A model generated the notes under the pieces. The model was not told the DNA's origin, searched no databases, and saw nothing but the letters and a program-made list of their open reading frames with translations. A stretch of DNA of 64,000 bases from a virus, in the IMG/VR virus record IMGVR_UViG_3300023184_000029, positions 32,001-96,000 of that record; one strand, written 5' to 3'. The translations under genes were made by a program, and so were the position numbers. Positions 19,795 through 31,180 of the stretch are shown here, piece by piece; positions within the stretch are counted from its first letter, which is position 1, and each line of letters begins with the position of its first letter.

Positions 19795-20424
19795 TTAGTA
19801 TTCGGCCAATAAAGTTTGTTTCATAGATTGTGTTAAATTATTCTTATCTAAGTAATAGTTTAAATCTTTATGAAAGATATTTGGCATATTTTCTAGGACT
19901 CTTGGGGAATATATTGGATTTTTTGGTCTTTTTCTTAGTTCTCTATTTAAATGATAACTCCACAAATAAGCATTAACCGCCCGGATATATTTATCATTAT
20001 CAAAATTTTCTATAGGATTATTTGCTATTAATTTTAGAACCCTTTTTTCACAATCATGTTCTATTTCTAGAATATCGTGTAAACTCTGATCCAATTGCTC
20101 ATTTGTAAAAGTACAGTCTTTAATGTCGGTACAGTATTTTAGAGATGGAAAATTGATCCAATCAAATAGAATATCATAAGTTGACATACTTTTATCCCAT
20201 AACTGTCGATCATGCTTCCACTGCAAAAAATGACAGTATTCATGAATAAATATCTCAAAACCCATATGATGTTTCATAGCTACCACAAATTCTTCTTCAC
20301 CTTCATCTGTGCCAAACCATCCACCATAACCATCAATGTTGTCCACATTTAATAGCTTAACGGAAAACTTGTGAGATAGTAATTCTTTTACTACTTTTAG
20401 TGTGAAGTCTAATTTGGTATCCAT
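19795..20424 (-). CDS. HExxH-motif hypothetical protein (possible metallopeptidase)
   Basis: IHEYCHFLQW and a downstream EHDCE. Confidence 0.5.
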   Translation of the reverse strand: MDTKLDFTLKVVKELLSHKFSVKLLNVDNIDGYGGWFGTDEGEEEFVVAMKHHMGFEIFIHEYCHFLQWKHDRQLWDKSMSTYDILFDWINFPSLKYCTDIKDCTFTNEQLDQSLHDILEIEHDCEKRVLKLIANNPIENFDNDKYIRAVNAYLWSYHLNRELRKRPKNPIYSPRVLENMPNIFHKDLNYYLDKNNLTQSMKQTLLAEY

Positions 20425-20614
20425 TATACTAAAATTCCTTTATCATCTACCACAGAAAAAATCTTAACTACTTTTAGTTCCGGCTCAAAATGAGTATGAA
20501 AGTTTTTGATAGCTTCTTCTTTGGATGAAGTAAAAAAAGAACGATGTAAAATTAACATCTGTTTGTCTGTTCCATTTGTCTCTTTAAGTTGTCCAGTTAC
20601 AGTAAATTCTTTTT

Positions 20615-21247
20615 CTACCATCCTAAAGCCTCCGATATAATGGGGAATTGAGTTTTAAAAATTTCTTTAGCTTCATTAGCAATAATCATATGTTCTTTTT
20701 GAGTTCCATGAGCAGACCTTAGATTAATGTAGTGGACCCATGATCTTATACTTCCGCTCATATAAAGTTTGGTTGGGGTAGCTAGCGGTAATATAAATCT
20801 AGCACATTCTTTAGCTATTCCATCAGCTATCATACCATCATAAAGAGCTTTGCTTTTAGCAAAATGCTCACGAATTTTAGTATTCCACTTAACTCTTGTT
20901 TCATCAGTTATATCGTCTATGCTATTTTGTCTATTCTTAGTATCTTGGCGACGTAATTCAAATACTGGAATTTCTTCTGATAGCAATGAAGCATCAGCAT
21001 ATCTTTGACTAAATTCTTGAAATGTAAAACTTCTATGCCGTAAAATTTGAGCAGCAATACCTCTTGTAGTATTTATCTCAAGAGTTAGAAATGCCATTTC
21101 AAATATAGACCAATGTTGATGCTCTATGCAATACTTTAGTAATTTAGCATAGTTGTCGCTGTCTTGTCCTTTAGGGTTGCTTACCTTGGCACAATATGCT
21201 ATTAATTTTTCTGCATCTGGAGTTACACTGATTAGTTTTACGTCCAT
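20615..21247 (-). CDS. thyX: FAD-dependent thymidylate synthase
   Basis: HWSIFE, QILRHRSFTFQEFSQRY, ECARFILP. Confidence 0.96.
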   Translation of the reverse strand: MDVKLISVTPDAEKLIAYCAKVSNPKGQDSDNYAKLLKYCIEHQHWSIFEMAFLTLEINTTRGIAAQILRHRSFTFQEFSQRYADASLLSEEIPVFELRRQDTKNRQNSIDDITDETRVKWNTKIREHFAKSKALYDGMIADGIAKECARFILPLATPTKLYMSGSIRSWVHYINLRSAHGTQKEHMIIANEAKEIFKTQFPIISEALGW

Positions 21248-21276
21248 ATTTGATCCTCTCTTCTTTCTTAATTTTC

Positions 21277-21660
21277 TTATAACATATATGGTTCCCAAAG
21301 TTCTTTTGGGATTAATGTTTTATAGTCAATAGTTAATTCTTCATTTTCTTTTATATCTCTGGATGCAACGCAAGAATTTTCATCTTGTTCTATGATATTA
21401 GGATTATTTGAATGATTTACAAACCTACTATCATCCAAAGGAATTAAATAGTTTCCATCATCATCCAGCCAATAGTAGTCTTTGTCTATTATAAAATCTT
21501 TTTCTATCTGTGATAATTCTTCATATCTAGTAGGACTAATTGTTAATACTGAAATGCTGGTCATTTTCCATATTAAATCTCCTTTTAGAATATCTTGGTT
21601 TGCAAATAAACCTATACCAGATATTAAACTTCTATCTAATTTAGTTTTTACTACTATCAT
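21277..21660 (-). CDS. SET domain protein
   Basis: GIGLFA.QDI.KG, RFVNHSNNPN, ASRDIKENEELTIDY. Confidence 0.9.
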   Translation of the reverse strand: MIVVKTKLDRSLISGIGLFANQDILKGDLIWKMTSISVLTISPTRYEELSQIEKDFIIDKDYYWLDDDGNYLIPLDDSRFVNHSNNPNIIEQDENSCVASRDIKENEELTIDYKTLIPKELWEPYML

Positions 21661-22151
21661 GATTTATTAAACCTGTTTGTTTTAGTTTCCCACCAAAACG
21701 ATACCATCTGCTCATCTCCATTAAAATATATTGGACAAAAATCTGGACGAAAAATACTATTAAGATCACAGGCTACGCATGTAAAATATAATTGTGATCT
21801 TGGAAAACCATAATCTAAAAGTTTTTTCTCTATTTTTCTAAAATTATTTCCACTAAGACATCCACTATCTACTACTATTAATGAGTAGTATGGATCTAAT
21901 TGATCTGGATGAATAAAAGCCTCAAACTCATCTTTGTATGGAATATTTATCGGCTCTATATCTAGAGGCTCATCCTTATCAGATAGTTTATGGGCCATTA
22001 ATTGAGCCATAAGTCCAGAATATTCATAACTTAATTGCAATACTGCTGTTTTACTAGCCAAGTTAATCAAACTGTTATCACGAATTTCTTGACATATTCT
22101 ATCTATACATTTAGTTTCCCATTCTCTGTCAATAAAAAGATTCTTTTTCAT
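21657..22151 (-). CDS. phosphoribosyltransferase-like protein
   Basis: LIVVDSGCLSGNN resembles a PRPP-binding loop. Confidence 0.45.
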   Translation of the reverse strand: MKKNLFIDREWETKCIDRICQEIRDNSLINLASKTAVLQLSYEYSGLMAQLMAHKLSDKDEPLDIEPINIPYKDEFEAFIHPDQLDPYYSLIVVDSGCLSGNNFRKIEKKLLDYGFPRSQLYFTCVACDLNSIFRPDFCPIYFNGDEQMVSFWWETKTNRFNKS

Positions 22152-22695
22152 TCTTTATTCCAGTAAGAAACAATCTTATCCCATAGTGGTTTAAAAAAAT
22201 AAACAGCTACATAAGCTATAATACCATTAATAGCCGATGCAACAAGTCCGGTCAGCGTTATAGTAACACATTGAATTTTAGAACGATTTGCCCCATCCTT
22301 CTGTTTCATGAGATATATCCTTTTCTAGCTGTTGCATTTTATATTCTGACTGATATGTTATATGTTCGTTATTTGTCATATGATTATATATAGCAAACGC
22401 TAATTTACTAACACTCGTTGTTGTTCCGTTTATTGATTCGTCATCTATTTTTGACCAATTATAGATGTATGAGTTTTCTTTATCTGTTTTGGATCTGTCA
22501 GCTTTATATCCATTAGTTTTGCACCAGCTTTTGATTTCTTTCCAAAGCATATATTTCCCTTTGTTTTTATCTTAGAAATAGTCTCATGTAATTTGCTTAT
22601 AATTTGATCTATGTCTGATACTTGTTGTATTGTAAGATTATTTGATCGTAAGCAATGATAACAGATATTTATTAATAGTTTATAATCTTGCTCAT

Positions 22696-23049
22696 TCATT
22701 TTTGCATAGTCTCTTCATAGGCCATTTTCTTTTTATGTTCAAATCCCATAGCAAAACCCTGCATATAAACTGTCTTTAGTAATCTAAAATTTTCTCCGAC
22801 AAATTCTCTATTATCTTTAGCCCACAGAATGAAACTTTTTTCTTCATCGCAAATATCAGTTAGGTCTGGATGATAAATTTCATCAAACCATAAATAATGT
22901 TTTTGTAGTTCACTATCTAGTGCAATAAAAACTGGTGGTTTCGGATCGTAGCTATGATCTATTTCTGATATGAAAATATCGTCCATAAAACAATTCACCA
23001 GCTTGTCTCCAACATTAAGCTTCATTGCTTGATCTAATCTCATGACCAT
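22696..23049 (-). CDS. hypothetical protein
   Basis: ORF tiling. Confidence 0.6.
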   Translation of the reverse strand: MVMRLDQAMKLNVGDKLVNCFMDDIFISEIDHSYDPKPPVFIALDSELQKHYLWFDEIYHPDLTDICDEEKSFILWAKDNREFVGENFRLLKTVYMQGFAMGFEHKKKMAYEETMQK

Positions 23050-23771
23050 AAACTCCCACGAATTTTAATTAATTCAATCAACATTTTTGTATCTTCTTTA
23101 TCGTAATCATCCATGATCTTGGCTATTTTTTTATAGTAGCTTTTACCATCTTTTTCTTTGGTAAACATAGAGTATGGATCAGTTCTATAGTCTCTATCCT
23201 TCCACCAGTTGTAAAGGTCTAATACTTTTTGAGATGATATTGCTTGGGCTGTAGGTTTGTTATAATCTTTATTGTCAGGATTAATTCCATAATCTTCGTT
23301 CATCTTTAGTTGACCTGCCCAGTTTAGGTAATCCAATCCTGCCTCCGCACATCTGCCGCCGATAAATTTATATTTCTTCTCAGATTTCCATTTACTAAGA
23401 TGAGCCAGTTCATCCTCTACATAAATTGTCAACTCATTAAAAAGACCGTGAAGTATTCTATAGTCAAGATCGTAATATTGTCCCGGCTTTAGTCCTGTTT
23501 TAAGATAGTGCATTTTATCTATATAACGATTGCAAATGTATACTTCTATGGTATGATAAATATCCATAGGTAGATTCACAATATCCTGCAAAAAATTTAA
23601 CAGTTTTTCAGCAACCCAGTATCTAAATGGGTGTTTTTGTTTTGATTCTTTTCTCCAAACTCCCCATTCATCCAACCCAAGAGCATAGGGTTTTTCAATG
23701 CCTCTAATCCAGTCGGCAAATTTGGAACAACTCCAATAATTGAAACGACTTCTTTTATTAAGTTTGAACAT
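23040..23771 (-). CDS. conserved hypothetical phage protein
   Basis: 243-aa ORF, coupled stops/starts. Confidence 0.7.
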   Translation of the reverse strand: MFKLNKRSRFNYWSCSKFADWIRGIEKPYALGLDEWGVWRKESKQKHPFRYWVAEKLLNFLQDIVNLPMDIYHTIEVYICNRYIDKMHYLKTGLKPGQYYDLDYRILHGLFNELTIYVEDELAHLSKWKSEKKYKFIGGRCAEAGLDYLNWAGQLKMNEDYGINPDNKDYNKPTAQAISSQKVLDLYNWWKDRDYRTDPYSMFTKEKDGKSYYKKIAKIMDDYDKEDTKMLIELIKIRGSLWS

Positions 23772-23988
23772 TATAGATCAATATTTACTCCATGATTATT
23801 AAGCAATCTATGAAACTCTGTTGTGATTTTTTCTAGAGCATCACTAGCATTTGTAAAATTATTGTCATATTTACGCCATGATCTTAGCTGTTGACTAAAG
23901 TCCCACAAACATGATTGCATTTTATTTGCTTGATTAATTACATCGTATTGATGCTGATCTTCTGGCAAAACTAATTCAAATATAACTT

Positions 23989-24282
23989 TCATGATGGAAA
24001 ATAACTCTTTCCTTCTAGGGGATCTTTATCATAAGGATAATTAAATGGACCCAAAACTTTCCTTCTTTTTTCCTTAATAAAACCTAGAACTTCATTAAAA
24101 CAAGTTTCACACAAATGAATATCATACTGTGTACCATCTTGTTGGGAAAAATATCCCCATGTAGCAGTTAATTCAGCATATTCATGCTCATTTACTGGTT
24201 CAGTAATTGTGCAATCTTTTCCACAAGCATCGCACATGATTTTGTCTACTGCTTTTACCGTTTTCTTTTTATATGTTTTCAT
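23989..24282 (-). CDS. zinc-binding hypothetical protein
   Basis: CDAC..LCETC. Confidence 0.6.
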   Translation of the reverse strand: MKTYKKKTVKAVDKIMCDACGKDCTITEPVNEHEYAELTATWGYFSQQDGTQYDIHLCETCFNEVLGFIKEKRRKVLGPFNYPYDKDPLEGKSYFPS

Positions 24283-24601
24283 AAGGCTTAACTCTCCAAC
24301 CTAAATTTAATAAATCATTTCTTATAACTTCTGTAACTATTCCCTCACTAACATAGCCATTCTTTTCTTCTGAATATATTCCACTACAATAGTAATCTAA
24401 ATAGTTTCCACCCTTATTTACTAATTCTGCTACTATTCCGCCAGAATATCTCCAGCTACAAGTCCACTCTTGTTCTTCATAAAAGAATCTATTATTAGAT
24501 AAGGCAGCATATAGATTCTGACTATAAACAGAGTCTTTGCACTTACTTCTAATTAGATCGCTATTTAATAGATCTTTTTCCAAGTCTGGATATTGGGTCA
24601 T
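24269..24601 (-). CDS. hypothetical protein, paralog of 30815-31180
   Basis: Shared YSQ.LYAAL.NNRF..WTCSWR.SGGIVAEL..Y.D.YCSGI. Confidence 0.75.
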   Translation of the reverse strand: MTQYPDLEKDLLNSDLIRSKCKDSVYSQNLYAALSNNRFFYEEQEWTCSWRYSGGIVAELVNKGGNYLDYYCSGIYSEEKNGYVSEGIVTEVIRNDLLNLGWRVKPYENI

Positions 24602-25150
24602 TCCTGCACCTTGCTTCCCATATCATAAGGGTATCCATCTTCAGGGTCTTCACTATAAACATCCTCATAGTGATTATCCCACCAAGGAATTTTAGTATCT
24701 GGTAAATTTTGATCAGATTCGTTATTATTTAGGTTTGTATTCATTTAAATACTTTAATGTGTGTATTATATTAGTTAAAATAGAAGAATCAAATTCTCTC
24801 TCAAAGGGAATAAAAACCCAAGCATTATTGTCTACATTTTTAATATAATAACCATATTCGCTTTTATAGTGTGGACTATTCATGTTTTACTCTTAAATTG
24901 AACTATCGGCAACCTACTAGATTGTATCAATTGGTCTAAAGTTTGTAAAGAGGCTGAGTTTAAACTTCTAAGATAGTCATCAAAACTATTCCAGTCTTTT
25001 TTATCTATTATTAACCAATATTCTCTTTCAGAATAGCCCATAGAATCTTCACTATGACATTCTACTCGTCCAGCAGCCCATTTATCTCCATTTTCTTCTA
25101 ACCATTTAGAATTCATGATTAGTTCTTGTACCAAATAATAATACCACATT

Positions 25151-25333
25151 TTATGTTATACCACTCTCTATTTCATAGATCATCTTATTAATTGGTTGAA
25201 TATTATTCTCAATAATCATATCTCTAGGCTTCTTATTATCAAATGCTGGATTTGGAGTATCTAGCCAAGAATCAATAAATTCTTCTTTTACTATTCTTTT
25301 CAGTCTTTCTTTAAGATCATCTATGGTTTTCAT
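25151..25333 (-). CDS. MbcA/ParS/Xre antitoxin C-terminal-like (DUF2384) protein
   Basis: WLDTPNPAFDNKKPRDMI. Confidence 0.65.
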   Translation of the reverse strand: MKTIDDLKERLKRIVKEEFIDSWLDTPNPAFDNKKPRDMIIENNIQPINKMIYEIESGIT

Positions 25334-25544
25334 TGTAATCCTAACTCTTGATCAAGTTCGCTCAATTTATTTAGTGCTTGTAGTCGCTGATAGTTTAAGC
25401 CCGCCACAAACCCACACTGAAAATAGTAAAAATCATTAGCTGTTCCTTCGTGATCTCCCTCTATCCATATTTCTCTGGCTAATTCTTTGGCTCGACTATA
25501 GCCAGATTCTATACTCTCTTTTTGTTTTTGTTGCCAAGTTTTTT

Positions 25545-26036
25545 TCATTTTTCTTTTTCTCTTTTTTCGTATTCTTTTTGGGTTAGATATGTCCCATCTG
25601 CTTTTTTGCTAGTAAACTGCCCCATACCCATACAATGTCCACAAATGGTCTTAGACATTTTCGGCCCAGCAGCACCATATTCTTGAAGTAAAATTTGGTA
25701 ATGGGAGTTTACGCTGTCGCAGTAATCATAGTGTTCGCCATATGGCAGTTTAACACATTTTGAGCATCTGTCAACTAATAAATGTTTATTGAGCCACAAA
25801 GCCATCTTGGCATCAAACATAATTTTGTTAACATCTTCAACTCTTTCTCCTGTTCCATCGCAATAGATACAAGATATTAGGTGTTTCTTGTAATATAACT
25901 CTAGTCTTTTTGCTTTAAGATAGTCATAAAGATTGTATTTATCTGGGGGTATGGCGAAGTATAATACAATTATAAAACCAACGCATCCAACTATGGATAT
26001 AAAATCATAGAAAGTAAAAGGTTTGATATTATTCAT
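25545..26036 (-). CDS. membrane-anchored protein with DnaJ-like CxxCxGxG repeats
   Basis: N-terminal TM; CIYCDGTG and CGHCMGMG. Confidence 0.6.
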   Translation of the reverse strand: MNNIKPFTFYDFISIVGCVGFIIVLYFAIPPDKYNLYDYLKAKRLELYYKKHLISCIYCDGTGERVEDVNKIMFDAKMALWLNKHLLVDRCSKCVKLPYGEHYDYCDSVNSHYQILLQEYGAAGPKMSKTICGHCMGMGQFTSKKADGTYLTQKEYEKREKEK

Positions 26037-26631
26037 TTGACGTCTTTGTAGTTATGATCATAGATATGTGGATTGTTTTCTATAATATTTAACCAATTGT
26101 TCTCAACTCCTAGTTGATCACAAACAAAACTATAAAAGGATAAGCCCTCATAATCATGTTCTGGATATGATCCATTCTGCTTATCGTACTTTGTAACAAA
26201 TTGCTCTAGAATATCTAAGAATTGTTGATTATTCATCTTTTCCCCTATAAAATATTACCACATGACTTCCATAATCTGTAGTTACAAAAATTTTTCGCTC
26301 ATCATATTCTACATGATGTTCATAACACAAATCTTCTGCTTCTCGTAACAATTGCTTTAAAGTAACCGGCCCATATAAATCTTTCTCTATTATCTTGTGG
26401 TCGCTCATAGATAAGCCTCGCCCCACATATATTTTCCTCTTACTGTTCTACCATATCTATTAATTGTAAACTCACCAGCGTCAGGAAATTTTTCTTCCCA
26501 TTTACAATCGTGTCTTTTTAACCAATCAACAGCATCATAATAATTATGAAATATCAAACATTTTGGTATTGGCCCTACTGGCATAAGACTATCAATATCT
26601 GTTTGGTCGAAATATATTACTAGTTTATTCA

Positions 26632-27057
26632 TCATATATTTTCCACATTCTTTTCTATAATATCAGCAATAGTAGAAAACTTTTTACCATCATCATTAAG
26701 ATCAGCAAGACATTCTTCAGTATTATATTTAAAACCTGTGATATCAATATTGCTAACAATAAAATTTCCTAGATGTTTTTTGATACCAGCCCATTTTCTC
26801 ACCGCTTGTGGCAAACCACCATCCACTGTATTAAATCTTACAAAACTTGTACCCGACACATCATCTTCCATTTCTTCAGTAAGAAGGGCTTTTTTATGAT
26901 TTTTCTTCATGGTTTCATTATACAATTCACAAAGAACACCCAAACAGCAATGTCTTGGTTCGTTCTTACTAGTAAATTGTTTCAGATAACCTTTACCCTG
27001 TTTATATTTGCCGCTTCGTAAAGCCTTTACCCATTTTTTAGCAATATCTTTTTTCAT
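26632..27057 (-). CDS. hypothetical protein, paralog of 37140-37544
   Basis: Shared KKWVKAL.SGK.KQG.G.LKQ..HCCLGVLCELYN..LAD.ND.G.KF.TIA.II.KN. Confidence 0.75.
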   Translation of the reverse strand: MKKDIAKKWVKALRSGKYKQGKGYLKQFTSKNEPRHCCLGVLCELYNETMKKNHKKALLTEEMEDDVSGTSFVRFNTVDGGLPQAVRKWAGIKKHLGNFIVSNIDITGFKYNTEECLADLNDDGKKFSTIADIIEKNVENI

Positions 27058-27193
27058 TTTTTCTCCAGTTCATTTACTCTGTCTTGTAACCCTTGAACAA
27101 CCATAATATTCATTCCTAATCTGTTGCTTAATTCTGCAATTCTTTGAAAACAAAAAAGCAGTAGCAAAAATACGATAATGTCAAAAAATAGTT

Positions 27194-27508
27194 TCATGAA
27201 TTTTTCTCTTGTTGTTCCAAGAAAAGCTTCTTGTATCCTTCGTTGATTTTAACTTGTACTCCATCAGTATGAAATATGCTAAACTTAGTTTGATATAATG
27301 GTAAATTAATACCGATAACCTTGTTAGTTTTGCTGCATCTAACCAAACTAATATCTGCTCCTTCGCCTTTTATCCATTCATTATAAACACAAGCAGCGTT
27401 ATCCAAAATTAACTCTACTCTATCTGATTCTTTATCAATCCATAAAGTCGCAGAAGGTTCGTAAGTTCTAGATTCCTCTAGAAATGCGTCCCAATCAAAA
27501 TTGTCCAT
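27194..27508 (-). CDS. hypothetical protein
   Basis: ORF. Confidence 0.6.
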   Translation of the reverse strand: MDNFDWDAFLEESRTYEPSATLWIDKESDRVELILDNAACVYNEWIKGEGADISLVRCSKTNKVIGINLPLYQTKFSIFHTDGVQVKINEGYKKLFLEQQEKNS

Positions 27509-28058
27509 GATTTTTTATTCCTTCAAATTTCATTTTGGTCCCACATCATTAGTTTTAAAGTTTGGATTGATAAAATAGTAAAATAATTCATATAGTTCAT
27601 AAACTAAAACAACAGATAAAAATACTGTTTGTAATATCAAAAAACCGAAAAAACAATAAAATAGTAAATATTTTAACATGGCAGGTGAGGTATCATTACC
27701 AATACTCTGAAAATAACACCGATATCAAAGACCAATATTCCAGATCTAGGCTTTATTTTCTCATATCAGTCAAATCCCATTCTCCTTTTCCTTGTCTTAC
27801 CATGTTTGTTATATTGAAAACGCCCCGATTATCGTTGGTTAATGCTCTTTCACATACGAGCATTAGAGCAACAGGACGTTACACGCTGGAGATCAACCCA
27901 GCGGCGTCGGTTAATTCCGATCTTGTTCATTTTGGTGTATATTATAATGGGATTGTGTTGCAGACTTTCCTCTAATCATACAATGTATTATACCAGAAAC
28001 CTGAGTGTTTGTCAACTGCAACTTGACAACATTTGGGTTTTCTGTTTTTAAGGGTCTG

Positions 28059-28673
28059 ATGATGGTTATCATCGTAAAAGAATGTAATAGATGTAAAGAA
28101 TATAAGTTATTAGAAAATTTTTATAACGCCAAAAACAGACTATTCAACAAGGCTTCTCATTGTAAAAAGTGCGATAATGCTTTTGGTAAAAATCGTCGTA
28201 GAAAAAACCCAGCAATAACAAAAGAAAAAGAACAAAAATATAGAGAAAAAAATAGATCAAAAATAAGACAATACTATGAAGATAATAAAGAAAAATTCAA
28301 TGAACAAGCAAGAAGGTACAGAAAAATTAAACAGGAATCTGATCCTATTTTTCGGATTGGGCATAGTTTAAGATGTAGACTTAGAGGAGCATTAGCAGGA
28401 ACGTCAAAATCAGCGGAGACATTAGAACTGTTGGGATGTTCTGTGGAAGAACTTAAAAAACATTTAGAAAACCAATTTGTAAAAGGTATGACTTGGGGTA
28501 ACTATGGGTTGCGTGGTTGGCATATAGACCATATTATTCCATGTGCTAGTTTTGACTTAACCAAAGAAGAAGAACAAAGAAAATGTTTTCATTATTCTAA
28601 TCTACAGCCCTTATGGGCTAAAGATAACTATGCCAAAGGAGATAAAATCTATAAATCTTCTCCAGTATTATAG
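28059..28673 (+). CDS. HNH endonuclease (FHYSNLQPLW family), antisense to neighbours
   Basis: CNRC..CKKC; WHIDHIIPC..CFHYSNLQPLWAKDN. Confidence 0.87.
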   Translation: MMVIIVKECNRCKEYKLLENFYNAKNRLFNKASHCKKCDNAFGKNRRRKNPAITKEKEQKYREKNRSKIRQYYEDNKEKFNEQARRYRKIKQESDPIFRIGHSLRCRLRGALAGTSKSAETLELLGCSVEELKKHLENQFVKGMTWGNYGLRGWHIDHIIPCASFDLTKEEEQRKCFHYSNLQPLWAKDNYAKGDKIYKSSPVL

Positions 28674-29633
28674 TCGATAACTGGCTTATCACAAGCCAGA
28701 ATCATTCTTTCTAGTTGCCATTTTAGACCTTCAGTATCATCACTAATAACATAGGATGGTTTCTCAGATATATTTACAATATCTCCATTCTCATCAGTAT
28801 ATGCCTCATGAATACCATAACTAATATCAGTATCTCCAAGAGGAATTTTGGTAACTTGCTTCACGACCCTGTGTGACCAACTCATTATTCTATCTCCATA
28901 AGATTTAGATATAACTCAGTAGTTAATATGTCAATATCTTTAATCTCATCTTCTGAAAAGACATCATAGAAATTTGCTCTAGAAAACTCACTAATATCAC
29001 CAATATGAGTAGGAGAACCTATATCATTAGTATTTTTCCAGAACTTTAGTTGTTGTTCTAGAAAATCTATAACTTTAAGTTGTTTGTTTGAGGGTTTCAT
29101 TTTTTGATCCATCCATTATGTAAATTTACCACATATTCCGCTGTTTCTTTATCTATACTACCATCTGGTATAATATATTCAAATTCATCAACTCTTTCAG
29201 TTTCGCCCACTGTATTCTTATACAATATCTTTTCAGTTGGTAATATGATTCTGCACCAACAACTTTCTCCAACATTACAGGTTTCTAATTTCCAAGGTAT
29301 AGTTAAACTGTGACTTTGGGCTTCATCGTAGCTGTCAAATATTTTTTCAGACATTTGATAGCCTCTCACGAAAATTTAGCAACTCATTCAAGTTTGCTTT
29401 TTCTCTTTCTAGATTTTCTTTTTGATATTGTATTTTATAGTCTATATCTTCTATGGTCGCCAACCTAATTTCTTCACAATGTCTTAAACCATAATACCAA
29501 TCTTCTTTTGAACTAAAAAAAGTTTTTCCATACCAAGGGTCTTGATTTGCCTCAAAAATAGACAAAACTCCACCTTTATGACCTAGTAGACAGATTATAT
29601 CTCCCTTTTTCCAATTGGGAATATTTTGCATTT

Positions 29634-30017
29634 TCATACTGGCTGAGTACCATATAGTCTTTCAGCAAACCATATGGCACGATCTTTATCAGATGTTAAA
29701 TTTAAATCCACGCTCTTTCGCTCATTGTAGTCTAGTTTCCAATACCTATCAATACCAAACTTTTCCCAAGTGGACAAATCATAATCGGTCATAGAAGTTC
29801 TATAACCTGATGGTTTATTCTCATCGTAAATATGTTCAAAAACATCACGAACAATAACAATTTTAGTATTGCTGTCAAGATTATCCCAGTGCTGAGTAAT
29901 CCAATCTTGAATTGCTCCCGGCACATAAGTGTGTCGCCCAAGAGCATATCGCAATGCTGACAGTACCATAATCCCACCATTAGTATCACAGTTAAATTTT
30001 GATTTTTTAGTTTTCAT
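29634..30017 (-). CDS. hypothetical protein
   Basis: SALRYALGRHTY motif; ORF tiling. Confidence 0.65.
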   Translation of the reverse strand: MKTKKSKFNCDTNGGIMVLSALRYALGRHTYVPGAIQDWITQHWDNLDSNTKIVIVRDVFEHIYDENKPSGYRTSMTDYDLSTWEKFGIDRYWKLDYNERKSVDLNLTSDKDRAIWFAERLYGTQPV

Positions 30018-30195
30018 TACACTAATTTAGAACCATTATGGGCAAAAGAAAATTTATCTAAAGGAAATAAAAGCAGCGTTTCAATCTTATAGAAACCCTG
30101 CCGAAACTTTACGGTTGTTAATTTTAATCCTAGATACCCGCGACTAAGAACCTTTCGGCATCAACTGTTTTATTCTATCAGACTATCGGCACTTG

Positions 30196-30822
30196 TCAAT
30201 ACTCATCTTTAACCAAAGAGTAGGTTTCTAACTCGTCTAAACAGACAAATTTAGTATTTTCATACATTGTAGTTTTTGATTGATGATAATGAGCATGAAT
30301 CCACAATTTAGGCTGATGAATTTTGTACAATTCTCCCAAAGCCCAATTAGTAATATTCTCATATATTCTACCATAAGGGCCAATATAATTAGTAGCCATA
30401 AAATCTGGGCAATCATGAGACAACATAACATCGGGCTTGATTGAACCATAAAGTTCTCTAGCTTGCATAAATCCTTCAATATTAATTTGTTCATCTTCCC
30501 ACCAATCAATACCTATAGTTCGATATTGTCTATCAATGCTATACGCTCCAGCATACCAAAAAAAATCTAACCCATTAAAATCTACCATATAGCCATAATC
30601 GGGAAGAAAATGTGGATAATTTTTTGCTAATACTGTGTTGTCATGATTGCCTCTGATAATAAGATGTTTAGTATGATCAACACTATCTAATGTTTCATAT
30701 TTGGAAAGGCCAAAATCTCCTATCTGAATAGTATATTCATGTCGATCTTTTTGACGAATGATCTCATGGTAACTTCTATATTTCTGGTGACAATCTCCTA
30801 TGATAGTAATTTTATTACTCAT
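30196..30822 (-). CDS. calcineurin-like metallophosphoesterase
   Basis: GDCH, GDFG, GNHD, SHDCP, HAHYH. Confidence 0.88.
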   Translation of the reverse strand: MSNKITIIGDCHQKYRSYHEIIRQKDRHEYTIQIGDFGLSKYETLDSVDHTKHLIIRGNHDNTVLAKNYPHFLPDYGYMVDFNGLDFFWYAGAYSIDRQYRTIGIDWWEDEQINIEGFMQARELYGSIKPDVMLSHDCPDFMATNYIGPYGRIYENITNWALGELYKIHQPKLWIHAHYHQSKTTMYENTKFVCLDELETYSLVKDEY

Positions 30823-31180
30823 AACTTCCCCAATCATTTCTATAAATACCCGGTTTTAATTTAGGCTCATAAGGTTTGATTGTCCACCCTAACTGTAATA
30901 AATCTTCTCTTATTTCATCTGTTACAAATCCTTCAGATACATAATCATTTTTATCACTAATTCCAGAACAATACCAATCCATATAATCTTCTTTGTGTGG
31001 ATTTCTTAATTCGGCTACTATTCCACCGCTCATTCTCCAAGAGCAAGTCCATTGTTCACCATTTTTTAAAAACCTATTATTGCATAATGCAGCGTACAAA
31101 TGCTGACTATAAATTTCACTATTATAGCATTTATCAGCAATAAATTTTGTGTGTAGAAGTTCGTATTCTAAATCAAACAT
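30815..31180 (-). CDS. hypothetical protein, paralog of 24269-24601
   Basis: Shared motifs. Confidence 0.75.
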   Translation of the reverse strand: MFDLEYELLHTKFIADKCYNSEIYSQHLYAALCNNRFLKNGEQWTCSWRMSGGIVAELRNPHKEDYMDWYCSGISDKNDYVSEGFVTDEIREDLLQLGWTIKPYEPKLKPGIYRNDWGSYE

